In this document: positions 36,561 through 49,936 of the stretch, piece after piece
Layout of the letters: each line of letters starts with the position of its first letter
Numbering within the stretch: the stretch's first letter is position 1
DNA from: Felis catus
Lineage: Eukaryota
NCBI RefSeq assembly: GCF_018350175.1
Contig: NC_058368.1
Coordinates: 203,920,001 to 203,984,000, forward strand
Length of the DNA: 64,000 nucleotides
Reading direction: 5' to 3'
Program-made: the position numbers and the translations under genes
The notes under the pieces: model-generated
Database searches by the model: none
What the model was told of the DNA's origin: nothing
What the model saw: only the letters and a program-made list of their open reading frames with translations

Positions 36561-39359
36561 TTAGGAGTCTATAAGCAAAAATGACCTTTCACGGTCTGAA
36601 CATAAGATTTAAATCCCCTAAGCGCGTGTATATTATAACGGAAGATAGCTAGCTTCTCAGAGCCTTTGAACGCCATTCCATATTTGAAATAATCTGATCA
36701 CTGAATCTGTTTCCATGAAAGGCCTTGACTCTATTTCACACCAAGAATATCCTCACCTGTAAAATGAACTTCCTGTATGATACGATTGTTAAACTTTCTT
36801 CCTACTCAAATGATCATCAGCCTTAAGCCTGGAACTCCTGACTTCCTGGGCCCACTGGCTAATTATCCTCCTCTAGTGACTATTCTCCCACTGTGCTATA
36901 AAACCACCTGGTGCCTTACCCAAATTATGAATGTCACCCACTCTTCTGGGGAAAGTCCATGTAAAATTATCTCTTGTGAAGGATTTTTTTTTCACTTGTA
37001 AAAAGAAAGGGGTTCATTTCCCCCAGAGGACTCTACTGTTCCCAAAAACAGTCAATCCCTCTCGTGACAGACGTGTGGCATGTGCATAGGGTGGAGAAGG
37101 AGAGAGGGAGTATGGACGGGCGGGAGAACTAAAAACAGAGAAGAAACACAGCTTCGGTGCCCTTTGCCTTGCCAACTGCCTTCTCTCTGAAAGAGAAAGA
37201 CCATTAAAATGGGACCGTCTTTGATATCATTTCTAACATGGCTGGAAGCAGAACTCTTGCAGTTCAAACGTGGGGTGTTTAGACTGTATTCAAACATGAG
37301 GCTCGGTAACATCAAAGGCTACTCGTGGGTGGTTTGGGCCAGGGTAAGGTCACCACTGCCCTCAGCCGTAATAGGTGTGGAGACACTGTGTACCTGCGAA
37401 AGTGGTGGTGTTTGCTTTTTTTCTGCTGATAAATGTGGCGCTGGGAGAAGAGATGCCTTTGTGTGCCTGAGGAATGATCTACTGTAGAAGGTTTAACGGC
37501 AGACAGGTATCAGGTTAGGGTTACGGGGGCAACTTTTTGAACGGAGATGTCCTTTGTTCTCAGAGAATAGGCTTCTTAAATTGGTGGAGCAAGAGGACAG
37601 ACATGAATAAGAAAGGCTTCCTGCTTGACCACCAAATTTTAACAAAGACAAGATGATTCTGGCAATAAGTGATTTGGGTGACATCAACAAAGGACACAAA
37701 GCATGAAGGTAGGTTAACCTCTTTTTGCTTATTTGTACTTAAACATCTTTATCGTTCCTTAGTCGCACAACATTCATCTTACACGTTTTTTAAAATGGCA
37801 ACAGCATGAAGTTGAGGTAAGAAAACTCTGCATCGTTTCTACTAGCCTATAGGAAGGTTCTAAGAAATAACCTCTTCATGCACTATTTGTTTCTATTGTA
37901 TTTTTCTATAGTTTTAAAATGTTTTAGTGTAACATTCTAAAAGGCCTTAAGATTGGGAATATATTCCGTGAAGGAGCCCTCATCAAGACAATCCTAATCA
38001 CTTTTGAGGGCCAAAAGCAATACTGTATTCTTGGATAATAGATTAATAAATAAATATTTGGTCTGCAATATCTAGCACAGTACAGTTACGACAAGAAAAA
38101 AAAAGCCAGGCAGAGGCCAAAGAAAAACAGAGGAAACAAAGAGACAGACCAGACTGATTTTAGAGAACTGGTTCAGGGCAGGGCTACTTCCCCCTCTTTC
38201 GGCATGGGCTTGGTGGCGTTATCCTCTCCCAGGAGCACTTCGTTAGGAGCCCCACTTGTGGAAGGTCATTCCTAACTCAGCCTCCGCTGAACCCTATCGG
38301 TACTCAGTCTCACAGGGGCTTCTGAATTGCCCTGAAATTGTTCACTATCTGTTGTAACCCGCCCAATAATGACCAAATTCTAAAAAGTACTTTGCTTTCT
38401 ACTTTCTTTTCATCCCACATACATCTAGGAATATCATTTACGAAAGAGAAATTTAATCATTATCGGGTGAAGTAGAGATGAGGTTTTCACGTGGTGAGAA
38501 GGACAGAAATATACAGAACATATGCTAGTACTCCTCTGGTACTAACCCTTCCATATCTTTTCAGTGGGCTAAAAACATAGACAGACATTTCATTTCTAAC
38601 TGCCATGTTATACATGTTTGAAGAGGGGGAATCATTTTCTGCTAGACTCAGGTCCAATTTCCATTGTGATTTCTGCCCTCCAGAAATAAACATCGTGGTC
38701 AGGATGTCTGCCCAGCATCCTTCTGGCCCAACAAAGCAGTGGTTTCCAATGAAATGCAAGTACTCTTGTGAGACTGTGCGGGCCCCAGTGGCTGCAAACT
38801 CATGAACCACAGGTTTTTTAACCACTGGCAGCATTTCAAACCGCCTAATTGAATGACAAGTCCCTCAAACAGCTGTCACTTAAGATTCCTGGGTTTGATG
38901 AAAGGCCAGAGTACTTATAATTACTCCCCTCTCGCACCCTTTTCCTAAACACAGCACACAGCATTGGCAACAATTTTCAATAAAATGACCAGCCTGAGCA
39001 TGAGAAAATGAAGCAGACATCTAATGATCGATAGAAAAAAGACATAGAGGCTTTTGTTTCCTTTTTTTTTTTCTTTTTTTTTAGTTACCAGAAAACCCCA
39101 AAGTCAAAAAGCAATTACAACTCTTACTAATTTTAATCTCCTTCTATCTTTCATTGGATTCCGAGATTCAATTCCTTTGTGGCAACTTTGTTGAACCCCA
39201 CTTTATTAAGTGTGGTTCACCTGTGAGAAGGAAATGTCGATTTCCTCAGTAGAGGAAGCCATTCCTTGGAAGGCATAGGATTCCACTTGGAACTCTAGGG
39301 ATGATGAATTCCAACTTCTTTAAGAAAGAAATGACTACCATTGTTGAATTGCAACAGCA

Positions 39360-39610
39360 ACTTAGTTTACTGAGCAACTTAACTTAAATAAAACTCCTTC
39401 CTCTAAAAATATATTTATATATTTAATATGATCTTATTTAATATAACTCCCAAGACAACTCATGAGAGATGTCTGCCAAGTGTCATGATTCCTCATTTTA
39501 CAAATTAAGACATAGACTTAAAAATGTTAATTTCCCAGCCCCGAAGCTCTATTAGCTGATAGAGAGTTGGTATTGAAATCCACACCCCACTTATATCAAA
39601 TCCGATAAAT
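39360..39610 (-). mobile_element. MIR fragment
   Basis: tttactgagca..., cctcattttacaaat.aaga motif. Confidence 0.55.
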
Positions 39611-41082
39611 AATCATACATGAAAATAGTCACAACTTCTTCCACACTCACTTCTTCCTTTTCTCACTATATCCCTCTCAGCTCTCTCCTAATCTGATGCA
39701 GTTATTCACTCTCAGCATCTTCAGCACAAGCTTCCACCCTTCCCAATTTCTGCCATGCTTTTTTTCCTTCTCCACATGGTCCCTCTCATGCCAGCACCTA
39801 ATCTGCCCAATCTGCCCTCTGCCCCTCTGCTCTGTGGAAGTCCTGTTCAATGAGAACAAAGTCCTAGCATTTCAATAGGCTCAGGCTTTTATTTGATTGG
39901 TCTTTCCACCTCCTGCTCTTAAATGCAACTAGGCCACCACGTGGGGGGATACATGGGGGGCTGATGGCTACATACCCAGTCTTGAATGCCCTATTTCTGG
40001 GACTCACTATGAAAGTTCTCCTCTCCTCCCAAACACTGTTCCCAAATGACTTTCCTACAATTCCCACTCAAATATCTTTCCTCTTCTAAAAGGAAACCTC
40101 ACTTATGCCTCTTTTTCCTCACCCTCTTTTCCACCAAATACCAATTTCTAAAATACTCTGGTCTCTTTTCATTATACCTACCCCTTGCTCAGTCTTCCTT
40201 TCCACCTCTCCATCAGTCATCACTCTCAGTGACTTCAACATTCAGGTTGAGGATGATTCCAATGCCCCAATGTCTAACTTCTCAGCTTCTCAACTTTCTC
40301 AATTCTAAAGTCCTTTCTTTCACCTAAGCTAAAGGCAACTAAATGTTGGGCCAGAAGGATTGGTAGGATTTGGATATGCAGAGATTAAGGGAAGAAGCTG
40401 TTTTCTAAAAAGTAAGAACTGTGTGAGAAAAGACAAGGAGGCTAAAGTGTGTTTAGTATTTTGTGGAAATAGGAATAACACAGCTTGCCTAAATGACAGA
40501 GAAGATAGGAAGTAGAGGGAGAGAAGAATCAAAAAGAGAATGATCGGCTCTTCATATTTATGTCTTCTATTACTTCACTAGAAGCTTCTTGAGGGTACGG
40601 GCACCTCTGGGATTATTTTCAACCCTCCACGTTAAAATATTCAGTAAGTGTTTTCTAGAAACCCAATCATCTGTTATCCAGCAAAAAGTACTGTAAACCA
40701 GAGACCATCTACAAGACCTATTTTTCTAATTATCCCCAGCTTACATGATACCCTATGCTTCCAGTGGAATGTTAATTAGATAAGACACTCTACAAAACTT
40801 GTTTTTAAGATCAGAGTATATTCTGACTAGTCTACTCTTTAGTTAGAAATTATTAAACTTACAAAGAGTTCATAGCTCATGATTTTCATTTTGCACATTA
40901 CCTACATTCAAAACAAGCTACTCTTTACTATTCAAAATATGGTCTGTATTTATTTGAATTTCTCACCAATCACAGTGCTTTGCTTCAAACTGTGTTGTAT
41001 GGTGTGCTTGAGTCATTATTGAACTTTGAATTCCCCATAGCGAAATCATCAATGACTGTACCTCAGAATTTTATTTTTGTGG

Positions 41083-41250
41083 AGGCACCTGGGTGGCTTA
41101 GTCGGTTAAGTGTCCGACTCTTGGTTTCGGTTCAGGTCATGATCTCACAGTTCATGGCGGATAGCACAGAGCCTGCTTGAGATTCTCTGTCTACCTGTCT
41201 CTGCCCCTTCCCTGCTCTCTATCTCAAAAATAAATAAACTTTAAAAAAAG
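41083..41250 (+). mobile_element. Can-SINE (internally shortened)
   Basis: Head and tail motifs. Confidence 0.9.
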
Positions 41251-42929
41251 AAAAGTTATCTTTTTAAGACAAAATAGTTCCTAAATTGTAAATCATTCTT
41301 ATTCTGAAGGCATTCTCATCCTCAAGAGTATGTGGATTAGTATCATGCCAAGACAGTTTTCTCTTTCTGGGATATACATCTCAGTCCTATTTCGAATATC
41401 TTTCTCATTGACACTGCCCAAATGTTCCAATGTTTTAGTTGGGAAGATAAAATGCTTCCCCTTATTTTTCCATACAAAAACCAGTGATTTGTTTTTCCAT
41501 GATATTTATGACTGTAGTAAAAAAAAAAAAACAAAGAACGAAAGAAAGAAAAAGCCTTTTTGAACACCACAGCTTAGTCATTATTGCAGAAATTTCCATC
41601 TCAAATAGGTTGCCCAGTGGCTACCCATAATTTAAGGGTAAATCATCCCGACTGTGAGACATTCACTTCTCTGTTAGATATCCATTGGGTAAATTTCTTA
41701 TGAAATAATATCTGTCAAAGTTACAGAATCTGATAGACTCCTTCTTGGAGATAATATAGGAAAGACAGCAGAAAGAGTGCTGAGGCAAGCCCCAAAATAC
41801 ACGGCTTCTAGTGAGTTGAGACACGACTTCTAGTGGTTTCACAAATAAAAATGTGCGGTGGGGACCACTAAGCAGAGCCCTGAAATCATGACTCCGCAGG
41901 AAAATTAGGAACACATGACTGCTGTAGCTCTTGCTCTAGTTCTCATATGTCCTGTCTGTGAGATTTTGTATGCGCCATGTCACCATGTCATATCTCATCT
42001 GTAGAGTGGAAATCATACCTACCTCACTGAACTCAGAGCACCTGTTATCAGGCTATGGGAAATGGGGAGTTTCCCCTCTTCCTCTCTCTGTGACGCCCTG
42101 GCTTACACACGTCAAGATTAGCCCATGACTCCACTCCCTGCCTCTCACAGTAACACAAAAAGACCCCTTTAGACTAGTTCCACGCCCTCTTGGGTCCCTA
42201 ATCCTCAGCTCTTCACTGGTCCTTCCTCTCTCTTCCCTTACCATTTTTTCTTCATTTGCTCCCTTGTCAATCTTTTTCTGAAAGATGAGCTAAGTGTCAG
42301 CTGGATCTTTCTGATGCATGGGCATATAAAATGAAAACTATTGCCAACTGTTCTGAGTACTTTTCTTGCTAAGGAGACTTAACTTTTCACAAAAAAATAG
42401 GCTGCTCAAAAAAAGCAACAAATTGACTCAGACTAGACTCATGTTTTTTTCTACAATGTTCCCATAAAATTCATAGTCTGCATGTTTCTTTTAAAACCTC
42501 ATCCAAAACTTTCCCATTCTGAAGGAATACCATCTAGTTACCCAGGTTAAAATAAGAGTGTGAGTTTCCATAGACAATTGCCATTACTTTAAAGGTCTGA
42601 GAATCAAGTCATCTTCCCTGAGGCAAGGGTTGTTCATAGTTTTTCTATACAGGTTTTGAAAGTCTGTTTTACTAAGTGAACTACCGTTATTGAGCATTTA
42701 TTTGCTGAGCTCAAGACATTTTGCCATTATTAAATGCTTCAAAAACAAGGTTCGAATATTTGATACAAATTGGATTTGTCTCCACATATAATCCTAGGTT
42801 CTCTGACTTTCTCTTTCTGTACTCATTGCTCTGGGAAATTAATATGATCACATCTCTTCAAACACTAGTATAAATACACAGTGGCTTCCAAATACTAGTT
42901 TGGAGATCAGCCTTAAATTAAAAATTATT

Positions 42930-43459
42930 AGACAATTTTTATGCTTCACTGCCCCTCTTAAACCTAATATCTTGAATATGAAATAATTTCTTTCTCCAAA
43001 GGCTATCAGTTCTTAAATTCTCTATGACCTGGAATGACACTATCAACCTTAATCCCTGTAGCTCAAATATTATAGTTCATATTACTTCTGTCTTTAATCA
43101 TCTTACTCAAGAAGGAAACTATTCCCTGAATTGGTTACATAAAACATACTACATCACCCTTAAAATAAAGTTTCTTACCATGGCCTACAAACCCAAGACC
43201 TTATATGACCTGGATTCTACCTGCTTCTCTGGGCTCACCTATCATTCATTACTCTAACTGCAGTGACACAAGCTTCCTTTCCATTCCCATTACTATGGAT
43301 AGTTACCTCCTTATTGCCATGCAAGTTTTGGCCACAATGTCGCCTTCTCAAAAAGAATTTCCCTGACTACCTGGTCTCTTGTCAAGTTACTGTCTCATTA
43401 CCTGGTTTTATTTTCTTCAGAGTATTCACTTTGTTTACTTGTTGATTATCCCCCCCACT

Positions 43460-43502
<43 letters not shown>

Positions 43503-43815
43503 TGCACATGCACACACAAACATGAGAAGGAGGGCTTGTCTGTCTTTTTTTCTCAGCTGTTTCCTCACTACCCACTAAATCTAATGGAGACCCCCAGGTC
43601 CCATTACTCTCTCCCAGTATACCCTGCACTTTGCCTTTCCATTCACTCATCACACAATTACTGTCTGATGGTTCTATCTACCACCAAAGACTGTCATTTC
43701 AGAAAGAATGTGAAATGTACCTGTCCCATTCACCACTACTTCTCTACCACCCATATTTCTCCACCACCCGGCATAGAGATTCACATAATGGCACTCAATA
43801 AGTATTTGTGGAAGG
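42930..43815 (+). mobile_element. L2 3' fragments with (CA)n at 43462-43515
   Basis: cttaccatggcctacaa..ccttatatgacctgg and ggcactcaataagtatttgtggaa motifs. Confidence 0.7.
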
Positions 43816-43913
43816 AAGGAAGAAGGAAGGTAGATGAGAGGGAGGAAGGGAAGGATGAAAGAAAGAAAGGAGGAAAGGGAGGAAAAAGAGAGAAAAGGGA
43901 AAGAATAAGGCTT

Positions 43914-44027
43914 TGAGGTGACCAGCCTTTCCAATTTGCCCGGGAATAAGGAATTTCCCAGGATGAGGGACTTTCAGTGCTCAAACCCAGAAACACCCAG
44001 GAAATCCAGGACGAGTTGGTCATATTA
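43914..44027. mobile_element. MER81 (hAT-Blackjack MITE)
   Basis: ggtgacca...gggactttcagtgct.aaacc...ggacgagttggtca, about 114 bp with TIRs. Confidence 0.85.
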
Positions 44028-44169
44028 GCTTTGAAGGAAATCCTTTAAAGGATTATGTAGACATATAAATGCCTGCAGATGAAGTATATAAGTTTATTCT
44101 ACATGCTTAACAAAATAGAGGTAATTTGTATCATCTGGTCAAGCAAGGTCCTTTCTAATTGTATTGACC

Positions 44170-44700
44170 ACTTAAAGGAAGGTGCCTAGCCATGCCATGC
44201 CCACATACTCACATGTAAGATATCCAGATACATGCTCACAAAATCTGGACCAGGAATGAGCAGCTGACCCAAAGGCAGTCTTTTAGAGGCAATCTCATAA
44301 GAGAACTCAGCTCAGTGTGGGGGTTGGGAAAGCACTCTAATATAGATGATGATTAATTATGACACCCTGGTATAACTGGGGGGGGGGTCTGAACTTGGCA
44401 TTTACAAAGGGGGGGGGAGAGAAGTGTCAGGGACAGCAAACGTAGAAGTAGCAAATAATGACAGCCTAGTGGCAACACACAAAATATGGAGTAATGAGTT
44501 TCTGGATTTCTGAGTCTCAGAGTGTCAGAGCCATTAAGAACTATACCCTAAAGTACACTACGGTCTTCTTGAGGCCTGAATATTTGGCAGCTGAAACTGT
44601 GTCTTGCCTCCTTATTTCCCAGGGTATCATTACAATAAACCCCATTAAATAAGGTAACCTAGGCATGTCTCTGTTTCTTACAAGCTAAAAGAACCTAAAA
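44170..44700 (+). mobile_element. Old LTR-like element, family uncertain
   Basis: aataaacccc poly(A) signal and LTR-like end tctctgtttcttacaa. Confidence 0.4.
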
Positions 44701-45664
44701 GATCATTATTTCCTCAGTCAACAGGATTAAAAGGATAAAAAATGAAAATCAAGACCAAAAAAGCCAGAAAAAGAAAAAATAATATGCTGAAGGGAGGAGG
44801 ATGGGGTTATAGGGTTATAATGAATTCCAACACAAACACAAACTAAATATTTCGTGTTATTACAAAATAAATATAAAACACACGAATAAGAACTATGAAT
44901 ATAAACTACATATTCATTTTTTCTTGATTGCATAATTTCCATGGAACTGGGTGATTCAGAATCTTATTAACATTTCAAAGGGCTCCCAGAAATTTCAGGA
45001 AGTTTTCTCAGCCAACTCAAAACCTTGAAAGAAGGACAACTGGGAAATAGTCCCTCACAGCAGCTTTCCACTAAGAGTTTAACTCTTAGAATTAGACTAA
45101 TAGCCTACTCTCAACTTGTAATTACTCATTTTATTTAGGATAGAGGATATGTTTTTCATAAATTTGTCTATAAATATTTTATTTAGTTCTTGGATTCTTA
45201 AAGCACATAAAATAAATGAAGGGGAACAGTAATCCAAGGAAAAGGATACATGGACTGCCATGGAAAATGGGCCAGAATTTAATAATTTTATTATAAGATA
45301 TTTGAAAGTTAATTGCATATATATTCCTTTCTTCCTTAAGTTTTGCCATATAGATCTAATCATTCACTTCCATGATATTCACCATTACATTTCCACAAAT
45401 CAAAAGCATATGAAGAAATAGGGACCCCTGTGCACAACTGCAAGGAATGTCCTTGGCCAGCCATTCTACTGAGTAACTCAGCAATATGTTATGAAATTAA
45501 GTCTATGTATACTCTATATTCAATAAATCCACTCTAGACATACGGTCCAGAGAAATTCCTGTACCAAGTACAAGAGATCCATACAATAGTGTTTATGACA
45601 TCATCATTTATGATATCAAAAACTTGAGAACAACCTAAATTTCCACCTTAGAAAAACAGAAATA

Positions 45665-45910
45665 GGGGGCAGCTGGGTGGCTCAGTCACTTAAGCATCCG
45701 ACTCTTTTTTTTTAATGTTTATTTATTTTTGAGAGACAGAGAGACAGAGTATGAACGGGAGAGGGACAGAGAGGGAGACACAGAATCCAAAGGGACTCCA
45801 GGCTCTGACCTGTCAGCTTCGAGTTCTATGTCTCCCTCTCTCTCTGCCCCTCCCCTGCCCCTGCTCACACTGTGTCTCTCCCTCTCAAAAATAAACATTA
45901 AATATTTTTA
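45665..45910. mobile_element. Composite Can-SINE: + head, - 3' body, + tail
   Basis: Head at 45665-45704, antisense body at 45705-45817, sense CT tract and tail at 45818-45910. Confidence 0.9.
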
Positions 45911-45974
45911 AGAAAAAATAACTCTCTCTCACATCACTAACAATTCTTTTTGCTAAACTGAAAGGACATCTGGC

Positions 45975-46445
45975 TCTTTTTTTAATAAAAATTTTATATA
46001 TTTAAGGTGTAAACATGATGGTTTGATACACATATAAGTAGTAAAATGACTACACACTAATTAACATATCTCCTCACTCAGTTACCATCTACCATTGTGT
46101 GTGTGTGTGTGTGTGTGTGTGTGATGAGTGCACCTGAAGTCTACTCTCTTAGCCTATTTCCAGTGTTCAACAGAGTATTAAGTGCAGTCTTCATGCATGT
46201 ACACAAGACCTCTACACTTATTCATCCTCCATAACTGCAAATTTGTACCCTTTGACCAACATCTATCTCCCCATTCCCCCCTTCCCCCTGACACGCCCCA
46301 GCACCTGGTAACTCTCTTCCTACTCTTTGATTCTATAAGTTCAACTTTTATTTAGATTCCACATGTAAATGAGATCATACAGTATTTGTCTTTCTCTGTC
46401 TGGCTTATTTCACTTAGCATAATGTCCTCCAGGTTCATCTATGTT
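45975..46445 (-). mobile_element. L1 3' UTR fragment (L1MA-like) with (TG)n
   Basis: tctggcttatttcacttagcataatgtcctccaggttcatc motif. Confidence 0.9.
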
Positions 46446-46894
46446 CAACTCTTCTTTTATTTGACTTCTTATCAGCATTTGACACTTCCTTCTCAAACAC
46501 TCTTTCTTTGCCTCCCATAATACCCCAGGTTCCTAGTTTGCCCCTGACCTCTCTGCTTACTTTCTATTTCAATTGTTCAGTTGTTTCAACCACTTCCTAA
46601 TCATCCTGTAAAAGTTCTAGTTTCCCCAGGTTCTTCCCTGGACATTCTTCGTTCTCTGGACCACACAAGGTATAGTCTCAATTGCCTCTTATTTTTTTTA
46701 ATGTTGGCCAACTAGACCACTCTCTGAACTTCTAGTTATAGAAACAACTGCCTTCTTAACATCTCCAAATATGTCAAAGGCCCCCAATCTCAACATTTCC
46801 AAACTCATGCTCTTCTCCTTAAAACCTAGTCCTTTTCCAATGACCCATGTCATGCAGTGAATGGCACCATTATTCATCCAACTGTTCAATATAC

Positions 46895-47095
46895 TTTTTT
46901 AATGCTTATTTAATTCTGAGAGAGAGAGAGCACACAAGGGAGGGACAGAGAGAGAGGGAGACACAGAATCCAAAGGAGGCTCCAAGCTGTCAGCACCAGA
47001 ACCTGACACAGGGCTCGAACCCACAAACTGTGAGATCATGACCTGAACCAAGATCAAGAGTCAGCCTCTTAACCAACTGAACCACCATGCATCCC
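46895..47095 (-). mobile_element. Can-SINE
   Basis: Antisense body; TSD tcatccaactgtt. Confidence 0.92.
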
Positions 47096-47413
47096 TCATC
47101 CAACTGTTTAAAACCAGAAACCAAAAGGTCTTCTTTGACTCCTATTCTCCAACATCCTCTACACCCAATGTATCACTAGATGTGTTAACTTTTTTTTTAT
47201 GTCCTTATTATATCCTGCATACATACACTTCACTCCATCACACTGCTACTGCTTAATTCTAAGCTGCCATCATTTCTCACCTGGATCCCTCCAACAACCT
47301 CCTAATTGGTCTTTCTCCATCGACTGGAACCTACCTTCCCCCAGGCCACCAGTATGAGCTTTTCCAAATGTAAATCTGATCACCTCAACCATGGCTAAAA
47401 ACATTTCAATAAT

Positions 47414-47645
47414 GGGGCGCCTGGGTGGTGCAGTCGGTTAAGCGTCCGACTTCAGCCAGGTCACAATCTCGCGGTCCGTGAGTTCAAGCCCCGCGTCAGG
47501 CTCTGGGGCTGATGGCTCAGAGCCTGGAGCCTGTTTCCGATTCTGTGTCTCCCTCTCTCTCTGCCCCTCCCCCGTTCATGCTCTGTCTCTCTCTGTCCCA
47601 AAAATAAATAAATGTTGAAAAAAAAAATTTTAAAAAAAAAAAAAC
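47414..47645 (+). mobile_element. Young felid SINE (SINEC_Fc-type)
   Basis: CpG-rich body; TSD aaaacatttcaataa. Confidence 0.95.
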
Positions 47646-48329
47646 ATTTCAATAACAGCACATTGCTCTTAAAGATCAACATCCTCAAGATAGCCTCCAC
47701 ACCTCTGCCTAATATAGCCTTTGCTGTGCCTATAGACTCACCACATAGCCCTCTTCCTTTCAGTTGTCACGTTCCACCTTAAGTTCCTCAAATAAGCCAT
47801 GTGCCTTTCCACCTCAGGACCTGTACACACAGTCTCCTCTGCTGAAAAGGTTCTCCCCTCTGTCTTTCTTACTCTTCAAAACTCAGCTCAAATTTTACTC
47901 AAGGAAATCTTTCCAAATTGCCCTGTTATACAATCTCATAGGACTCAGTATTTTTTCCTTTATAACACTTATCACCTTTTGAAATACATATTTATATTTG
48001 TGGTTATTTTATAGATTTCTCTCACCCCCTCTTTGAATGTAAGTTTCAAGAGCGTGAGAAACATGTACACTTTTTCTCATCAATGTATCCCCAATACTTT
48101 CTAGCATGGTCCCTGTTATACTCAGTAAATATTTGTTGAATGAAGAAATAAACCCTAGAATATTATCCCACCCTAGAAATTACCTTCCAATAAAATTCCA
48201 TGAAAATCCTAACCCACTACATTAAGCATTAGCTTCTCTAGTAATGCCAGAGACACTGATAATTAATATCTCAATATCTGTTCTCCCTTCCTATTGAAAT
48301 AGAATCCCAAATTTTTATCCAGGAGTAGG

Positions 48330-48740
48330 TACCATTATGGTCTGAATGCTTATATACCCCCAAAATTTATGTTGAAGTCCTATCCCACAATGTGATGGTA
48401 TCTGGAAGTGGGATCTTAGGGCAGTAATGAGGTTTAGATGAATTCATGAGGGTGCAGCCCCCATGATGGGATTAGTGTCTTTCTAAGAAGAGGAAGAGAG
48501 ACCAGAACTTCTTCTCCTTCTCTTTCCCCATTATGTAAGGACATAGGAGAAGGTGGCTGTGTGCAAGCCAGGAAGAAAGCTCTCATCAGGAGTAGAATCT
48601 GCCAGCACCTTATCCTGGACTTTCCAGCCTCTAGAACTATAAGAAGTAAATTTCTGTTTAACAGAAAGTAAAAACTTCTGTTTAACAGAAGTAAAAATCT
48701 GTTATTTAAACCCCCAGTAAATGGCAGCCTGAGCTAAGAA
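48330..48740 (+). mobile_element. MLT1A/B-like LTR, nested in an older MLT1 fragment (about 48280-49150)
   Basis: tatggtctgaatg..ccccaaaatttatgttgaa ... atggcagcctgagctaaga; followed by (GGAA)n at 48760-48813. Confidence 0.8.
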
Positions 48741-49629
48741 AGGCACTCAAGAAAAAAGGGAAGGAAGGAAGGAAGGAAGGAAGGAAGGAAGGAAGGAAGG
48801 AAGGAAGGAAGGAAAAATGCTGGTCTCCTTTGCGTCGTGGAAACAAGTCTGAACTAATGGGATGCAAAGGCAACTTCCTGGTCATGCCCTTAAAGGAAAT
48901 GGGAATTCCCTCATTTTCCCTTTTCCTCCTTTCTTCTTCATGCTGGCAGGACAAAGTGCCCAGCAGATGAGAGCAATTCTCAAAGTGGAATAACAACATA
49001 GGAAAAACCAGGCCCCTGGCCTCTCTATGGAGACCTCTATGGAGAGGTCACCAAACCTCCCCAGACTTTTAGGAGACAGAGAAGGAAAATTGCATCTTGT
49101 TTAAAACCTTGCTGTTTCCAACCTCCGTTACAAGCAACTAAACCGACATCTAATCAATACATTCAACTAATTAATATAGTCACAATGTGAGTATTCCTTA
49201 AAAGAGTAACACAAAAAATTGTCACATAAATTCCTCCTAACCAATAGGGCTGTTCCCAGAAGGTTAAGAAAGGAGAAAAAAGGAAATCTAGATTCCAGAA
49301 AAAAGACATACAGAGAAGAAAAAAAAAAAAAAAAAAAAAATCTTCATCTACTGCAATTTTTTTTCAGGCCTACCCAGGTCAACCATATGCCCAGCTTATA
49401 GTTGAGCTTTGTCAACAAAACATCTTGTCAAACACACCACCATCCCATTCTACCCCCACCCCCCTCCAGCTCACATTCTAACCCTCTTTTAAAGCCCTCA
49501 AGGTCCTTAAGGAACCCATCCGCCTCCAGCTGTGGTCAGCTCATGTTGCACCCACCTCCTTCTCCCCCTTCCTCTGCACACTTACAGTTTACTAAACCTG
49601 AGATTCCAACTACATACTCATTTCAGACA

Positions 49630-49936
49630 TGAGACACAGAAAGAAAAGAAAAGAAAAGAAAAGAAAAGAAAAGAAAAGAAAAGAGAAAAGGAGGGAGGGA
49701 GAGAGACAGAGAGATGAGAGAAAGAGAAAGAGAGGGAGAAAGGGAGAGAGAGAAAAGAAGAAAAAGGGAAAATGGGAAGGAAGGAAGGAAGGAAGGAAGG
49801 AAGGAAGGAAGGAAGGAAGGAAGGAAGGAAGGAAGGAAGGAAAGGAAAGGAAGAAGAGAAAAGGGGGAAGAGGGGGGGAGGGAGGGAGGAAAGGAGGGAG
49901 GAAAAGGGAAGGAAAAAAAAAAGAAAAGAGAAAAAA
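49630..49936. repeat. Polypurine compound repeat (GAAAA)n/(GA)n/(GGAA)n
   Basis: About 300 bp, almost all purine; explains the spurious K/R/E-rich ORFs. Confidence 0.97.

Larger units (their letters stand above)
46450..48150 (+). mobile_element. L2 3' region with two SINE insertions
   Basis: cagcatttgacac..., aatctgatca..., ctcagtaaatatttgttgaatgaa terminus. Confidence 0.8.

Noticed and set aside
39128..39220. Minus-strand exon-like segment as coding sequence
   Set aside because: Stops in all three frames; at most non-coding or terminal
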